64,000 bases of DNA, from IMG/VR virus record IMGVR_UViG_3300023174_000097, positions 39,707-103,706 of that record; one strand, written 5' to 3'. Below, piece by piece: positions 18,861 through 28,348 of the stretch. The notes below the pieces were generated by a model. The model was not told the DNA's origin, ran no database searches, and saw nothing but the letters and a program-made list of their open reading frames with translations. Each line of letters begins with the position of its first letter. Positions within the stretch are counted from its first letter, which is position 1. The translations under genes and the position numbers were made by a program. This DNA comes from a virus.

Positions 18861-21800
18861 TTAAACTCGCACATCTGGCTGACACACATATCAGAAACCT
18901 AAAATATCACGAAGAATATCGTGAAGTTTTTAAAAAAATCTTTTCAATTCTACGAGAAGAAAAGCCCGATTATATTATCCATTGTGGTGATATTGCTCAT
19001 ACAAAAAATCAAATTTCACCAGAATTTGTTGAGATGTGTTCTTGGTTCTTAAAAGAACTTGCGGACATTTCACCAACATATGTTATTCTTGGCAATCATG
19101 ATACAAATTTAAAGAACGATACTCGTCAAGATAGTATTTCTCCTATCGTTGCCGCACTTAATCATCCAAATCTAACGCTTTGGAAATATTCAGGTGAACG
19201 AGTTATTAGCGATAAACTTGCTTTTAACGTTCTTTCACTAATTGACGAAGATAAATGGGTCAAACCATCAGACCCAAATCGCATCAATATTGCTCTTTAT
19301 CACGGAGCAATTGCTGGTGTATCAACCGATATTGGTTATACACTAGAACATTCAGATCATGAGCTTTCAATTTTTGAAGGCCATGATTATGCTTTTTTAG
19401 GCGACATACATAAGACAAATCAAATTGTTGATACAGAAGGACGTGTTCGTTATCCGGGTTCAACAATTTCCCAAAACCATGGGGAAACTGACGATAAAGG
19501 TTTCCTAATTTGGGAAATTCAAGATAAGAATAATTTTGATGTTCGTCATATTGTAATTCCACATCCTCGTCCATTTATTACAATTAAGCTTGATGAAAGT
19601 GGCAAGTTTGACGAAACAATTAACATCAAACCAGATGCTCGCATTCGTGTTATTTGTGAACACAACATTTCTGTAAGCGATATTCGCAAATCAATTGATG
19701 TTATTAAGGTAAAATATATTCCAGAAAGCGTTACCTTTTTAAATAAGGCAACTGATCGTATTGATATCAGTGATACAATTAAAAAGATTGATACAGATGA
19801 TTTGCGTAATCTGCAAACACAAGAAAAACTACTTCGTGAATATTTAAAAGACTTCAGCCCGTCAGAAGAAGTTTTACAAAAAGTATTTGAAATAAATAAA
19901 AAATATAATACAATTGCAGAAGAAAATGAAGAAGTTTCTCGTAATATTCGTTGGTCCTTGAAATCACTTAAATGGGATAATCTATTCAATTATGGAACTG
20001 CTAATAAAATAGATTTTGAAAAACTTCAAGGTGTTGTAGGAGTTTTTGGTAAAAACTTCTCAGGTAAATCCAGCATTATTGATAGTTTGATTTGGGGAAT
20101 TCAAAATTCAACAAGTAAAAATGTTCGTAAGAATGTAAATATCATTAATCAAAATCAGCAAAATGCAAAAGCAGAAGTTCAAATTTCTGTTGATGATAAG
20201 CTTTACATAGTTGAAAGAACTGCTGAAAAGTATTTAAAGAAACTTGCCGGCGAAGAAACACTTGAAGCAAAAACAGATGTATCTTTTAGTGTGTGCGATG
20301 CAAGCGAACAAGAAGATTGTATTACCTATGAAAAAGGCAATCTAAATGGTCTTGACCGCAATGAAACAGACAAGAATATTCGCAAACTATTTGGAACATT
20401 AGAAGATTTTCTTTTTACTTCTATGGCTTCACAAATGGGTTCGCTTGATTTTATCAACGAAGGTTCAACTCGTCGTAAAGAAATTCTTGGAAAGTTTCTT
20501 GATCTTGAACTCTTTGCAAAGAAATATAAACTATCAAACAATGACGCCACAGAACTCAAGGCAGCTTTAAAGCGTCTTGAAAGCAAAGATTACGATAAAG
20601 AAATCGCTGAAACCCTTATCAAAGGCTCAGAGGCAAAGAAAAAAGCAGAACTGCAGTCTATTGAGTGTGAAGAAGTAAAAGAAGAAATAAAACAATTTGC
20701 AGACAATATTAACAACATTAATGTTGAAATTGCTTCATTTCCAAAAATAGAAGTTATTGATGTAGATGGAGTAAAACTTTCTCTTAAAAAAATAGAAGAT
20801 GATATTCTTGGTTGGCAAACAACAATTGGTACAAATTATAAATTTATTGAAGAAAAAGAAAAAGCATTAGAAAATGCAAGAAAAGTAATTGATGAAATCA
20901 AAATAGATGAATTAAACAATAAAAAACAAACCTTATCAGATAAAAATAAACAACTTGAAAAGGTTTTAAGAGAAATCACGGACGTAGAGAAGGATATTCT
21001 ACGTGATCAAAAAGATATTAAAATCCTTGATGAAGTGCCATGTGGCGATGGTTTCCCATCTTGCAAGTTCTTGACTGATGCTTTTAGCAAAAAAGCAGAC
21101 TTGGAAGATAAAAATGAACTTGTAAAAATCTCAAACAAGAAAAAACAAGCGATTGAAGAAGAAATCAAAGAATTAAAGCCAGACGAGATAGAAAAATCAA
21201 TCTCAACGCGTAATGTTATTCTTGAAAAGATTAGAAACATGGAAAATCTTATCTCTAATAAGAAACTTGAAGCAGAACAGTTAAATGGAAAAATTATTCT
21301 ATCTCAAAATCTAATTGAAAAACTAGAAAAGAAGATAGAAGATTATTATAAGAATGAAGAAACTGCTCTAAAATTAAAAGAACTAGATGATAAAAAGCAA
21401 GAATTTACTTCGCAAAAGAATAAGCTTTCAAAGAAACTTGTTGAGTGTGAAGCAAGTATATTAAAATTACATCGTGAATATGGTTCATTAGAACAGAAAT
21501 ATAAAGATTTAGAGGAATCAAAAAGCGAACTATTAAAATTACGAGATGAATATGCGGCTATTGCTATGTTTGAAAAAGCCATGCACAGCAACGGAATTAG
21601 TTACGATATTATTCGTAAGAAACTCCCAGTAATAAACGAAGAAATTGCAAAAATTCTTTCAAATATTGTTGGATTTGAAATTTTCTTTGAAGATGATGGA
21701 AAGAAATTAGATATCTTAATCAAACATCCAAAATATGATCCACGTCCACTTGAACTTTGTTCCGGTGCAGAAAAGAGTCTAGCGGCTATGGCAATCCGTT

Positions 21801-22030
21801 TAGCGTTAACTAAATTAACTACTTTACCTGTGAGTGACGTATTTATATTAGATGAACCAGCAACTGCTCTTGATGAAGAAAATATGGAAGGCTTTATGCG
21901 TATAATTGATATGTTGAAATCACAATTTAAAACAATTATACTTATTTCTCACTTGCCAGAATTGAAAGATGTTGCTGATCTACAAATAACTATTGATAAT
22001 GTTGATGGTTATGCGCATGTGGAGGCTTAA
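18857..22030 (+). CDS. Fused Mre11/SbcD nuclease and Rad50/SbcC ATPase (T4 gp47-gp46-like)
   Basis: HLADTH, GD, GNHD, LGDIH phosphoesterase motifs; Walker A GKNFSGKS, coiled coil, signature CSGAE, Walker B FILDEP, ISH. Confidence 0.92.
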   Translation: MIKLAHLADTHIRNLKYHEEYREVFKKIFSILREEKPDYIIHCGDIAHTKNQISPEFVEMCSWFLKELADISPTYVILGNHDTNLKNDTRQDSISPIVAALNHPNLTLWKYSGERVISDKLAFNVLSLIDEDKWVKPSDPNRINIALYHGAIAGVSTDIGYTLEHSDHELSIFEGHDYAFLGDIHKTNQIVDTEGRVRYPGSTISQNHGETDDKGFLIWEIQDKNNFDVRHIVIPHPRPFITIKLDESGKFDETINIKPDARIRVICEHNISVSDIRKSIDVIKVKYIPESVTFLNKATDRIDISDTIKKIDTDDLRNLQTQEKLLREYLKDFSPSEEVLQKVFEINKKYNTIAEENEEVSRNIRWSLKSLKWDNLFNYGTANKIDFEKLQGVVGVFGKNFSGKSSIIDSLIWGIQNSTSKNVRKNVNIINQNQQNAKAEVQISVDDKLYIVERTAEKYLKKLAGEETLEAKTDVSFSVCDASEQEDCITYEKGNLNGLDRNETDKNIRKLFGTLEDFLFTSMASQMGSLDFINEGSTRRKEILGKFLDLELFAKKYKLSNNDATELKAALKRLESKDYDKEIAETLIKGSEAKKKAELQSIECEEVKEEIKQFADNINNINVEIASFPKIEVIDVDGVKLSLKKIEDDILGWQTTIGTNYKFIEEKEKALENARKVIDEIKIDELNNKKQTLSDKNKQLEKVLREITDVEKDILRDQKDIKILDEVPCGDGFPSCKFLTDAFSKKADLEDKNELVKISNKKKQAIEEEIKELKPDEIEKSISTRNVILEKIRNMENLISNKKLEAEQLNGKIILSQNLIEKLEKKIEDYYKNEETALKLKELDDKKQEFTSQKNKLSKKLVECEASILKLHREYGSLEQKYKDLEESKSELLKLRDEYAAIAMFEKAMHSNGISYDIIRKKLPVINEEIAKILSNIVGFEIFFEDDGKKLDILIKHPKYDPRPLELCSGAEKSLAAMAIRLALTKLTTLPVSDVFILDEPATALDEENMEGFMRIIDMLKSQFKTIILISHLPELKDVADLQITIDNVDGYAHVEA

Positions 22031-22258
22031 ATGGATATGGCAAAGTATAAACAAGAAATATTAGATAAATTAGTAGGTAAAGCAGTAAGTAGAAAACTAC
22101 TTGTTTGGTTGGTTGCAACAGCGGGTGTTCCACTGCATTTCATAACTGGTGAAGAATGGATACAAATAAGTATGATATATATCGGGTCTCAAGCGGCTAT
22201 GGACTTTGTATTGCAGTATGCAAAAGTCAAACAGAGCGGTTCAACTCCACAAACATAG
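22031..22258 (+). CDS. Putative holin
   Basis: 75 aa, SRK motif followed by two hydrophobic segments; precedes spanin-like genes. Confidence 0.55.
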   Translation: MDMAKYKQEILDKLVGKAVSRKLLVWLVATAGVPLHFITGEEWIQISMIYIGSQAAMDFVLQYAKVKQSGSTPQT

Positions 22259-22285
22259 TGTTAAAAACACTCTTATAAAATGGTT

Positions 22286-22324
22286 CTACACCGGTATAAT
22301 TTTACTCGGTGTAGTTTCCGTTTT
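22286..22324 (+). terminator. Hairpin, possible terminator
   Basis: ctacaccg...cggtgtag stem followed by tttccgtttt. Confidence 0.45.
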
Positions 22325-22357
22325 AGTAGAAATACTATCATCGGAGAAAAGATATAA

Positions 22358-22732
22358 ATGAAATTTTTAAATTCACTATTAGAAACATTAAAGAAATTTT
22401 GGTATTTTTTTGTTATACTTGCTTTAACTGTTCTTGTTTTGGTTGTAGGATTTGTTGAAAATTCTAAAATGACAGGTTTAACTAATTCTATTAAAGATAT
22501 AATTGGAAACTACAAAAAACAAGTTAAAACAATAGATAAATTAGGCGATAAAAAAGCAGTAAGCGATAAAGAAACTGTACAAACTTATATTGATAGAGAA
22601 AAAGAACTACAAGCCGAAAGAGAAGCAGCATTAGCAAAAGTAAATGCAAAAAAGATTAAAGTAGTGGAAGAATTAAAAGATAAACCAACAGATGAATTAG
22701 CGAAAAAAATGAAAGATGAGTTTAAACTATGA
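22358..22732 (+). CDS. Putative inner-membrane spanin-like protein
   Basis: One N-terminal TM (WYFFVILALTVLVLVVGFV) followed by a charged coiled coil. Confidence 0.5.
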   Translation: MKFLNSLLETLKKFWYFFVILALTVLVLVVGFVENSKMTGLTNSIKDIIGNYKKQVKTIDKLGDKKAVSDKETVQTYIDREKELQAEREAALAKVNAKKIKVVEELKDKPTDELAKKMKDEFKL

Positions 22733-23157
22733 GAACATTATGCTTAACGATATTTTTCTTATTTTCTTGTACCTCATATGCCCAAGTTGCGGTAGAAAAA
22801 GGTCAGCCAGCTCCAGAAGCAGGTATCTTTCTCACAAAGGAACAAGCGGCAAAAGTAATTGCAGAAAAACAAGCCGCAGAACAAATTTGCAAAATAAACC
22901 AAGACTCAGCACTAGAGCGATTAAAAGCAAAATGTGAATATGAAAAAGGTTTATTAAATAATGAACTCTCTTATGAAAAAAGTAAGTTTACTGAGATAAG
23001 TAAACTTAGAGATGTTCAAGACGAGAAGCTATACGATAGAATTAGCGATAGTGGTGACAATCTTTACTGGTTTGCTGGTGGAATCGTTGCTGGTGCCGCA
23101 ACAGCCGCAGCTGTTTCCATAAGTATAGTTTTAGTTATTAATCAGGTAAATCCATGA
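22729..23157 (+). CDS. Exported coiled-coil protein with a C-terminal TM, spanin-like
   Basis: Signal peptide with possible lipobox LFSC, coiled coil, C-terminal hydrophobic helix; ATGA overlap with the upstream gene. Confidence 0.5.
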   Translation: MRTLCLTIFFLFSCTSYAQVAVEKGQPAPEAGIFLTKEQAAKVIAEKQAAEQICKINQDSALERLKAKCEYEKGLLNNELSYEKSKFTEISKLRDVQDEKLYDRISDSGDNLYWFAGGIVAGAATAAAVSISIVLVINQVNP

Positions 23158-23552
23158 CAGATTGGGATAAAATAGCAGCAATAGAAAAAGCCGTAAAAGA
23201 AAAATACGGAGATAATGCAATTCATAATCCAAAAGCAAATTGGAATGAAGAAAAAGAAAAAGAATATATAGAACAAGTAAAAGAGTATGCTGAAATTGTT
23301 AAAAACAAAACAGAAACCCAAGAAACAATAGAAGAAAACGGGTTTTTAATAAAGAAAAAACTATTTACTACGAAAACCAGCAGGGTTTGTCCTGTGAAAG
23401 ATTGTAAACGTTATTCTTTTAGTTTAAAAGATGATGTTTATATGAACAAATTTGATTGTTGTTATGAATGTTTTATAAAATTTGTTGAAGGGCGAGAAGA
23501 ACTTTGGCAAGAAAGAAAGAAGGTGATGTTAAATGGTAGTTTCAAAACTTGA
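23154..23552 (+). CDS. Conserved hypothetical protein with a probable Zn finger
   Basis: CPVKDC...CCYEC. Confidence 0.6.
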   Translation: MTDWDKIAAIEKAVKEKYGDNAIHNPKANWNEEKEKEYIEQVKEYAEIVKNKTETQETIEENGFLIKKKLFTTKTSRVCPVKDCKRYSFSLKDDVYMNKFDCCYECFIKFVEGREELWQERKKVMLNGSFKT

Positions 23553-23727
23553 AGAAGTATTAAAAGTATTAGAAAGCTGTAAGGCTGATGCAGCAAAAGT
23601 TGAAAAAGGTAATCGTTCAGCAGCAACTCGTCTACGTAAAGACGCAGCTGCTGTTGCGAAATTACTCAAAGAACTTCGCGTAGCTGCTCTTGATACAGTA
23701 AAAGAAGCCAAAACAAAAGAAGGCTGA
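23533..23727 (+). CDS. Histone H1-like Hc1-family nucleoid protein
   Basis: DAAKVEKGNRSAATRLRK matches the Hc1 D..K..KGNKAA.TR.R signature; small, basic, helical. Confidence 0.65.
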   Translation: MVVSKLEEVLKVLESCKADAAKVEKGNRSAATRLRKDAAAVAKLLKELRVAALDTVKEAKTKEG

Positions 23728-23751
23728 TAAAACCACAAGGAGACGGTATAA

Positions 23752-24282
23752 ATGGCTGAATTAATGGATGTAATAAAGGGAATTTCGCAAGTAATGGCGA
23801 ATACATATGACGGTGCCCGTGATGAAAAGGGTGAACCAATCAAAGCAGGCTTGCGTCGTGAAAGTGTTCCCGCATTCACAAGCTGTGATTGCCGTCTCCT
23901 TGATGGATTTAGAGCAAGAGTAACACATCATGCATCAAAAGATGGTTCGTTCCCTTGCTTAATTGTTTCATATCAAAGTGAAATTAAACTAGAAGAAGCA
24001 CATAAACCAGGTCTTGCCGATGATGTTGAAGAACATATTGCGGAAGCCCTCAAATATCTTAAAAAAGAATTTAAGAAAGTTACTGGCAAAGAATTAACTG
24101 TTGAAAAATATCAAGATGTAAAAATGAATGTTGAAGAAATATCAAAAATTCGTACACAAGTTACAGCACAATGTCATTACAAAATAAAAAATGTTGATAT
24201 GCCAAAATTAGAAGACAAAAAAGACGTTGAACGTGCCGAACAACTACAAAAATGGTTAGCTTTAGGTGGGCTTAAGAAATGA
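23752..24282 (+). CDS. Conserved hypothetical protein upstream of terminase
   Basis: AAGGAG SD; intact ORF. Confidence 0.6.
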   Translation: MAELMDVIKGISQVMANTYDGARDEKGEPIKAGLRRESVPAFTSCDCRLLDGFRARVTHHASKDGSFPCLIVSYQSEIKLEEAHKPGLADDVEEHIAEALKYLKKEFKKVTGKELTVEKYQDVKMNVEEISKIRTQVTAQCHYKIKNVDMPKLEDKKDVERAEQLQKWLALGGLKK

Positions 24283-24632
24283 AAATAACTAAATCTCGTT
24301 TATTGCAAATAATCAAAGAAGAAGTTGAACTTCATGAAAAGAAAATAGAAGAAAATACTTTTGAATTAGATGAAGAAACAGTTAGTCTAATGAAGCAATT
24401 AGGTAAGAAAACCGATAATAATAAACAAGATCTAAACGCAGTTGATGATGGTGATGCATTTGATAATCAAGATGTAAATGGCGATGGACAACTTGATAAA
24501 AAAGAAATGGAACGAGCATTAAATGATGCTATTAAAGTGACAGTCGGAAGAAAAAAAGCTCCGGTAGCAAAAGAAGACAGACTGTTTACTAAAGAAAAAC
24601 CACATCATATTGTTGAACCAAACATAAAATGA
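24279..24632 (+). CDS. Putative internal head protein with an EF-hand loop
   Basis: N-terminal MKITKSRLLQIIKEE tag; DVNGDGQLDKKE loop. Confidence 0.55.
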   Translation: MKITKSRLLQIIKEEVELHEKKIEENTFELDEETVSLMKQLGKKTDNNKQDLNAVDDGDAFDNQDVNGDGQLDKKEMERALNDAIKVTVGRKKAPVAKEDRLFTKEKPHHIVEPNIK

Positions 24633-24635
24633 TAT

Positions 24636-26234
24636 ATGAGTTATGGTCTTACAAAAGAACAAGTCAAAGATGAAATAAAGAAGTGTGGGAGAGATCCTTC
24701 ATACTTCATCATGAACTATTGTAAGATAGCTCATCCAGAAAAAGGCTTAATTCCATTTTCTCTTTATGGCTATCAACAACAGACCATAAAAGATTTTGAA
24801 GATTATAGATTTAATATAGTTCTTAAAGCCCGCCAGCTTGGTTTGTCAACCGCTGTTGCGGGTTATATTGCTTGGATGCTTCTTTTCCGTCGTCAAAAGA
24901 GTGTTCTTGTTGTTGCAACCAAACTTGATGTTGCGGCTAACTTGGTTAAAAAAGTTAAAAAGATGATTAAGAACGTACCAGATTGGCTTCGTATTGCCGA
25001 AATCGGTATAGACAATAGAAACAGCTTTGAATTAAATAACGGTTCATGGATCAAGGCATCTTCAACAAGTGAAAGTGCCGGTCGTTCAGAAGCTCTTAGT
25101 TTACTTGTAATTGACGAAGCTGCATTCGTCGACGGCATGGAAGAACTTTGGAAGAGTATCTTCCCTACACTATCAGCTGGCGGCAGATGTGTTGCTATTT
25201 CAACACCAAATGGTGTTGGCAATTGGTTCCATGAAACATTTATAAATGCAGAAAACAATTCAAACGACTTTCATGCCATAAAATTAAATTGGGATGCACA
25301 CCCAGATCGTGATCGTGATTGGTTTGAAGCTGCAACTCGCAATATGAATAGGCGAGATATAGCGCAAGAATATGAATGCTCATTTAACGCATCCGGTGAA
25401 GGCGTAATAAGTTCTCAAGATCTTGAAGAAATAAGAGCAAATGTATTGGAACCAAAATATAGAACGGGATTTGATCGTAATTATTGGATTTGGGAAGAAG
25501 CAAAACCAGAATTTACATATTTAATGGTTGCTGACGTTGCCCGTGGCGATGGAAAAGACTTTTCAGGATTTCATGTTATAAAATTAGAAACAATGGAACA
25601 AGTTGCAGAATATCAAGGTAAACTTGCACCAGATATATATGCCGATATGCTTTTACAAACTGGAAAAGAATATAATAAAGCATTGTTAGTTGTAGAAAAT
25701 AATAATATTGGCTATAATGTTCTTGAAAAATTAATAGAAAGAAAATATCCAAATCTTTATTATTCAATTAAATCAACACACGAATTCATAGAACAAGTTC
25801 AAGCCGAAAGTATGACCAACAGTGTACCCGGATTTACAACAACTCTAAAAACAAGACCTCTTATTGTTGCAAAACTTGAAGAATTTATTAGAAATAAAAT
25901 AATTAAGATATATTCAAATCGTTTAGCAGAAGAATTATCAACATTTATCTGGAATAATGGCAGACCAGAAGCCATGAGAGGACGAAACGACGATTTAACT
26001 ATGTCCATGGCTATTGCTTGTTGGGTTAGAGATACTGCATTAACAATTTCTCAGCGAGATAGCGAGTATACAAAAGCAATGTTTGGTGCTATAACTATGG
26101 CGAACACAAGAGTACAAACAAAAATACCAGGTCAAATTGGATATAACTCAAATTATTCTTTAGAAAATAAAAAAGTAAATATAAAAGAATTACAAGAATA
26201 TTACAAAATGTACGACTGGCTTTATAAGGGATAA
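24636..26234 (+). CDS. terL: Terminase large subunit (T4 gp17-like)
   Basis: Walker A KARQLGLST, Walker B LLVIDEAAF, ISTPNG, nuclease ADVARGDGKDFS, ENN, DDL. Confidence 0.95.
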   Translation: MSYGLTKEQVKDEIKKCGRDPSYFIMNYCKIAHPEKGLIPFSLYGYQQQTIKDFEDYRFNIVLKARQLGLSTAVAGYIAWMLLFRRQKSVLVVATKLDVAANLVKKVKKMIKNVPDWLRIAEIGIDNRNSFELNNGSWIKASSTSESAGRSEALSLLVIDEAAFVDGMEELWKSIFPTLSAGGRCVAISTPNGVGNWFHETFINAENNSNDFHAIKLNWDAHPDRDRDWFEAATRNMNRRDIAQEYECSFNASGEGVISSQDLEEIRANVLEPKYRTGFDRNYWIWEEAKPEFTYLMVADVARGDGKDFSGFHVIKLETMEQVAEYQGKLAPDIYADMLLQTGKEYNKALLVVENNNIGYNVLEKLIERKYPNLYYSIKSTHEFIEQVQAESMTNSVPGFTTTLKTRPLIVAKLEEFIRNKIIKIYSNRLAEELSTFIWNNGRPEAMRGRNDDLTMSMAIACWVRDTALTISQRDSEYTKAMFGAITMANTRVQTKIPGQIGYNSNYSLENKKVNIKELQEYYKMYDWLYKG

Positions 26235-26239
26235 AATAA

Positions 26240-28348
26240 ATGGCTGACACAAGCAAACCAATCAACAAAAATGATTACCGAAATATGATGCCTTCTAGAA
26301 AAGGTCAAATTAACCAAGATAGAAGTCCCTACAATGCTGACAATTCTCTATTCAAGAGATTAACAAAGCTTTTTTCTGGTCCAATAGTTAATCGTCGCCA
26401 ACAAAATTATAAAAGCGAACGTCGCCGCAGACTTGATAAATATAAATTTCAATCTGCGCAAGGTCAGCAGTTCAAAAAATCTTCATATAATCCATTTGAT
26501 TACGTACATTCACAAAGCATGGCTAACCAAAACCGTGCCGAAAGATATGTTGATTTCGAACAGATGGAATACACCCCAGAAATTGCATCAGCATTAGACA
26601 TTTATGCCGATGAAATGACGACAAGCAATGAATTACAAAAAGTACTTTCAATTGATTGTCCGAATGAAGAAATTAAAAACGTTCTTCATGGTCTTTATTA
26701 TGATATTTTAAATATTGAATTCAATCTTTTTGGTTGGTGCCGAACAATGTGTAAGTTCGGTGACTTCTTTTTATACCTTGATATTGACGACAAAGATGGT
26801 GTAAAAAACGCAATCGGTCTTCCTCCATACGAAGTTGAACGTATTGAAGGCGAAGATGAAAAGAATCCAAATTACGTACAATTCCAATGGAATAGCGGTG
26901 GAATGACATTTGAAAACTGGCAGATGGGTCACTTCCGTATTCTTGGAAATGATAAATATGCTCCATATGGAACTTCAATATTGGAAGCTGCCCGTCGTAT
27001 TTGGCGTCAATTAACTCTATTAGAAGACGCCATGATGGCTTATCGTATTGTTCGTTCAGCTGAACGTCGCGTATTTTATATTGATGTTGGTAACGTTGCT
27101 CCAAATGATATAGAGCAGTTCATGCAAAAAGCCATGACAAGCTTAAAGCGTAACCAAGTCGTTGATGAAAAGACCGGTCGCGTAGATTTGAGATACAATC
27201 CTCTTTCAATTGAAGAAGATTACTTTATTCCAGTTCGCGGTCAGCAATCAACAAAGATTGAAAGTCTTGCTGGAGGTCAATACACTGGAGACATTGACGA
27301 CGTCAAATATCTCCGAGACAAATTATTCTCTGCTATTAAAATTCCACAATCATATCTTGCACGTGGTGAAGGCGGCGATGAAGATAAAACAACTCTTGCA
27401 CAAAAAGATATTCGCTTCTCAAGAACAATTCAACGTCTTCAGCGTTCTGTTATTAGTGAATTAGAAAAGATTGGCATTATTCATCTTTTCGTTCTTGGAT
27501 ATAGAAATGAAGATTTAATTAAATTTAAATTAAAATTAAACAATCCAAGCAAAATTGCCGAACTACAAGAACTTGAAACTTGGAAAACAAAATTTGAAGT
27601 TGCAAGTGGAGCAACAGAAGGTTATTTCAGCAAACGTTGGGTTGCTAAAAAGATCTTTGGTCTATCTGATGAAGAATTCCTACGTAATCAACGTGAAATG
27701 TTCTTTGACTTTAAGTTTAAAGCAGCCGTTGAAAAAGCAGGTACAGAACAACAAGCAGCGGCTGGAGATCAAGATGCAGGATTAGCAGCAGGTGCCGGTG
27801 GAGGTATGGAATCAGGTGGTGGTGCACCTCCCGCTGATGCTGGAGCAGGTATTGATCTTGGAGCACTCGGAGCAGAACCAGAAGGTGCTACCGGTGCAAC
27901 TCCCACACCTGGTGAAGAAAAACCAGCCGGCGAACAACAAGGTCCAAAAGATGATACACTATTGGCTGCTCCTGGAAAACGTGATGATAGATTAACATCA
28001 ACTCCAGCGTCACGTGGAAAAACATATCTTCCAGTAAAATATCGTGGTGGAGATAAGCGACCATCGGGTGCGAGAACAAGAAATTACCAATCTAAGTTCA
28101 GCAAAGAATTAGGTGGTGGTTCTATGCGAAATGTTTGGGGAAGTGGAGCGCAAGATTTGTTTGGTTTAAGTAATGGTATTTACGAACAATATGAAGATAG
28201 TTATAATGAAGAAATAATTAATGAAGGAATGTCTAATAACGACATAAATATTACAGAAGAAAAGATTATGGCGAATAATGATAGTCTTAAAAAATTATTA
28301 AATTCATTAGAAAAAAAGGCGGCAAGGAAAGAAACCGATGAAGAATAA
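26240..28348 (+). CDS. Portal protein (T4 gp20-like) with a long low-complexity C-terminal tail
   Basis: PEIASALDIYADE, LLEDAMMAYRIVRSAERRVFYIDVGN, EDYFIPVR. Confidence 0.95.
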   Translation: MADTSKPINKNDYRNMMPSRKGQINQDRSPYNADNSLFKRLTKLFSGPIVNRRQQNYKSERRRRLDKYKFQSAQGQQFKKSSYNPFDYVHSQSMANQNRAERYVDFEQMEYTPEIASALDIYADEMTTSNELQKVLSIDCPNEEIKNVLHGLYYDILNIEFNLFGWCRTMCKFGDFFLYLDIDDKDGVKNAIGLPPYEVERIEGEDEKNPNYVQFQWNSGGMTFENWQMGHFRILGNDKYAPYGTSILEAARRIWRQLTLLEDAMMAYRIVRSAERRVFYIDVGNVAPNDIEQFMQKAMTSLKRNQVVDEKTGRVDLRYNPLSIEEDYFIPVRGQQSTKIESLAGGQYTGDIDDVKYLRDKLFSAIKIPQSYLARGEGGDEDKTTLAQKDIRFSRTIQRLQRSVISELEKIGIIHLFVLGYRNEDLIKFKLKLNNPSKIAELQELETWKTKFEVASGATEGYFSKRWVAKKIFGLSDEEFLRNQREMFFDFKFKAAVEKAGTEQQAAAGDQDAGLAAGAGGGMESGGGAPPADAGAGIDLGALGAEPEGATGATPTPGEEKPAGEQQGPKDDTLLAAPGKRDDRLTSTPASRGKTYLPVKYRGGDKRPSGARTRNYQSKFSKELGGGSMRNVWGSGAQDLFGLSNGIYEQYEDSYNEEIINEGMSNNDINITEEKIMANNDSLKKLLNSLEKKAARKETDEE

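Noticed and set aside
22716-22937. Nested +strand ORF as an Rz1-like o-spanin
   Set aside because: It has a short hydrophobic stretch and Cys, but no convincing SD, lies within the downstream rather than the i-spanin-like gene, and has a shadow-like Arg/Ser tail; support is too weak.
24636-26234. Intein or intron in terminase (also checked UvsX, portal, MCP)
   Set aside because: Normal lengths, contiguous motifs, and no intein splice-junction signatures seen.
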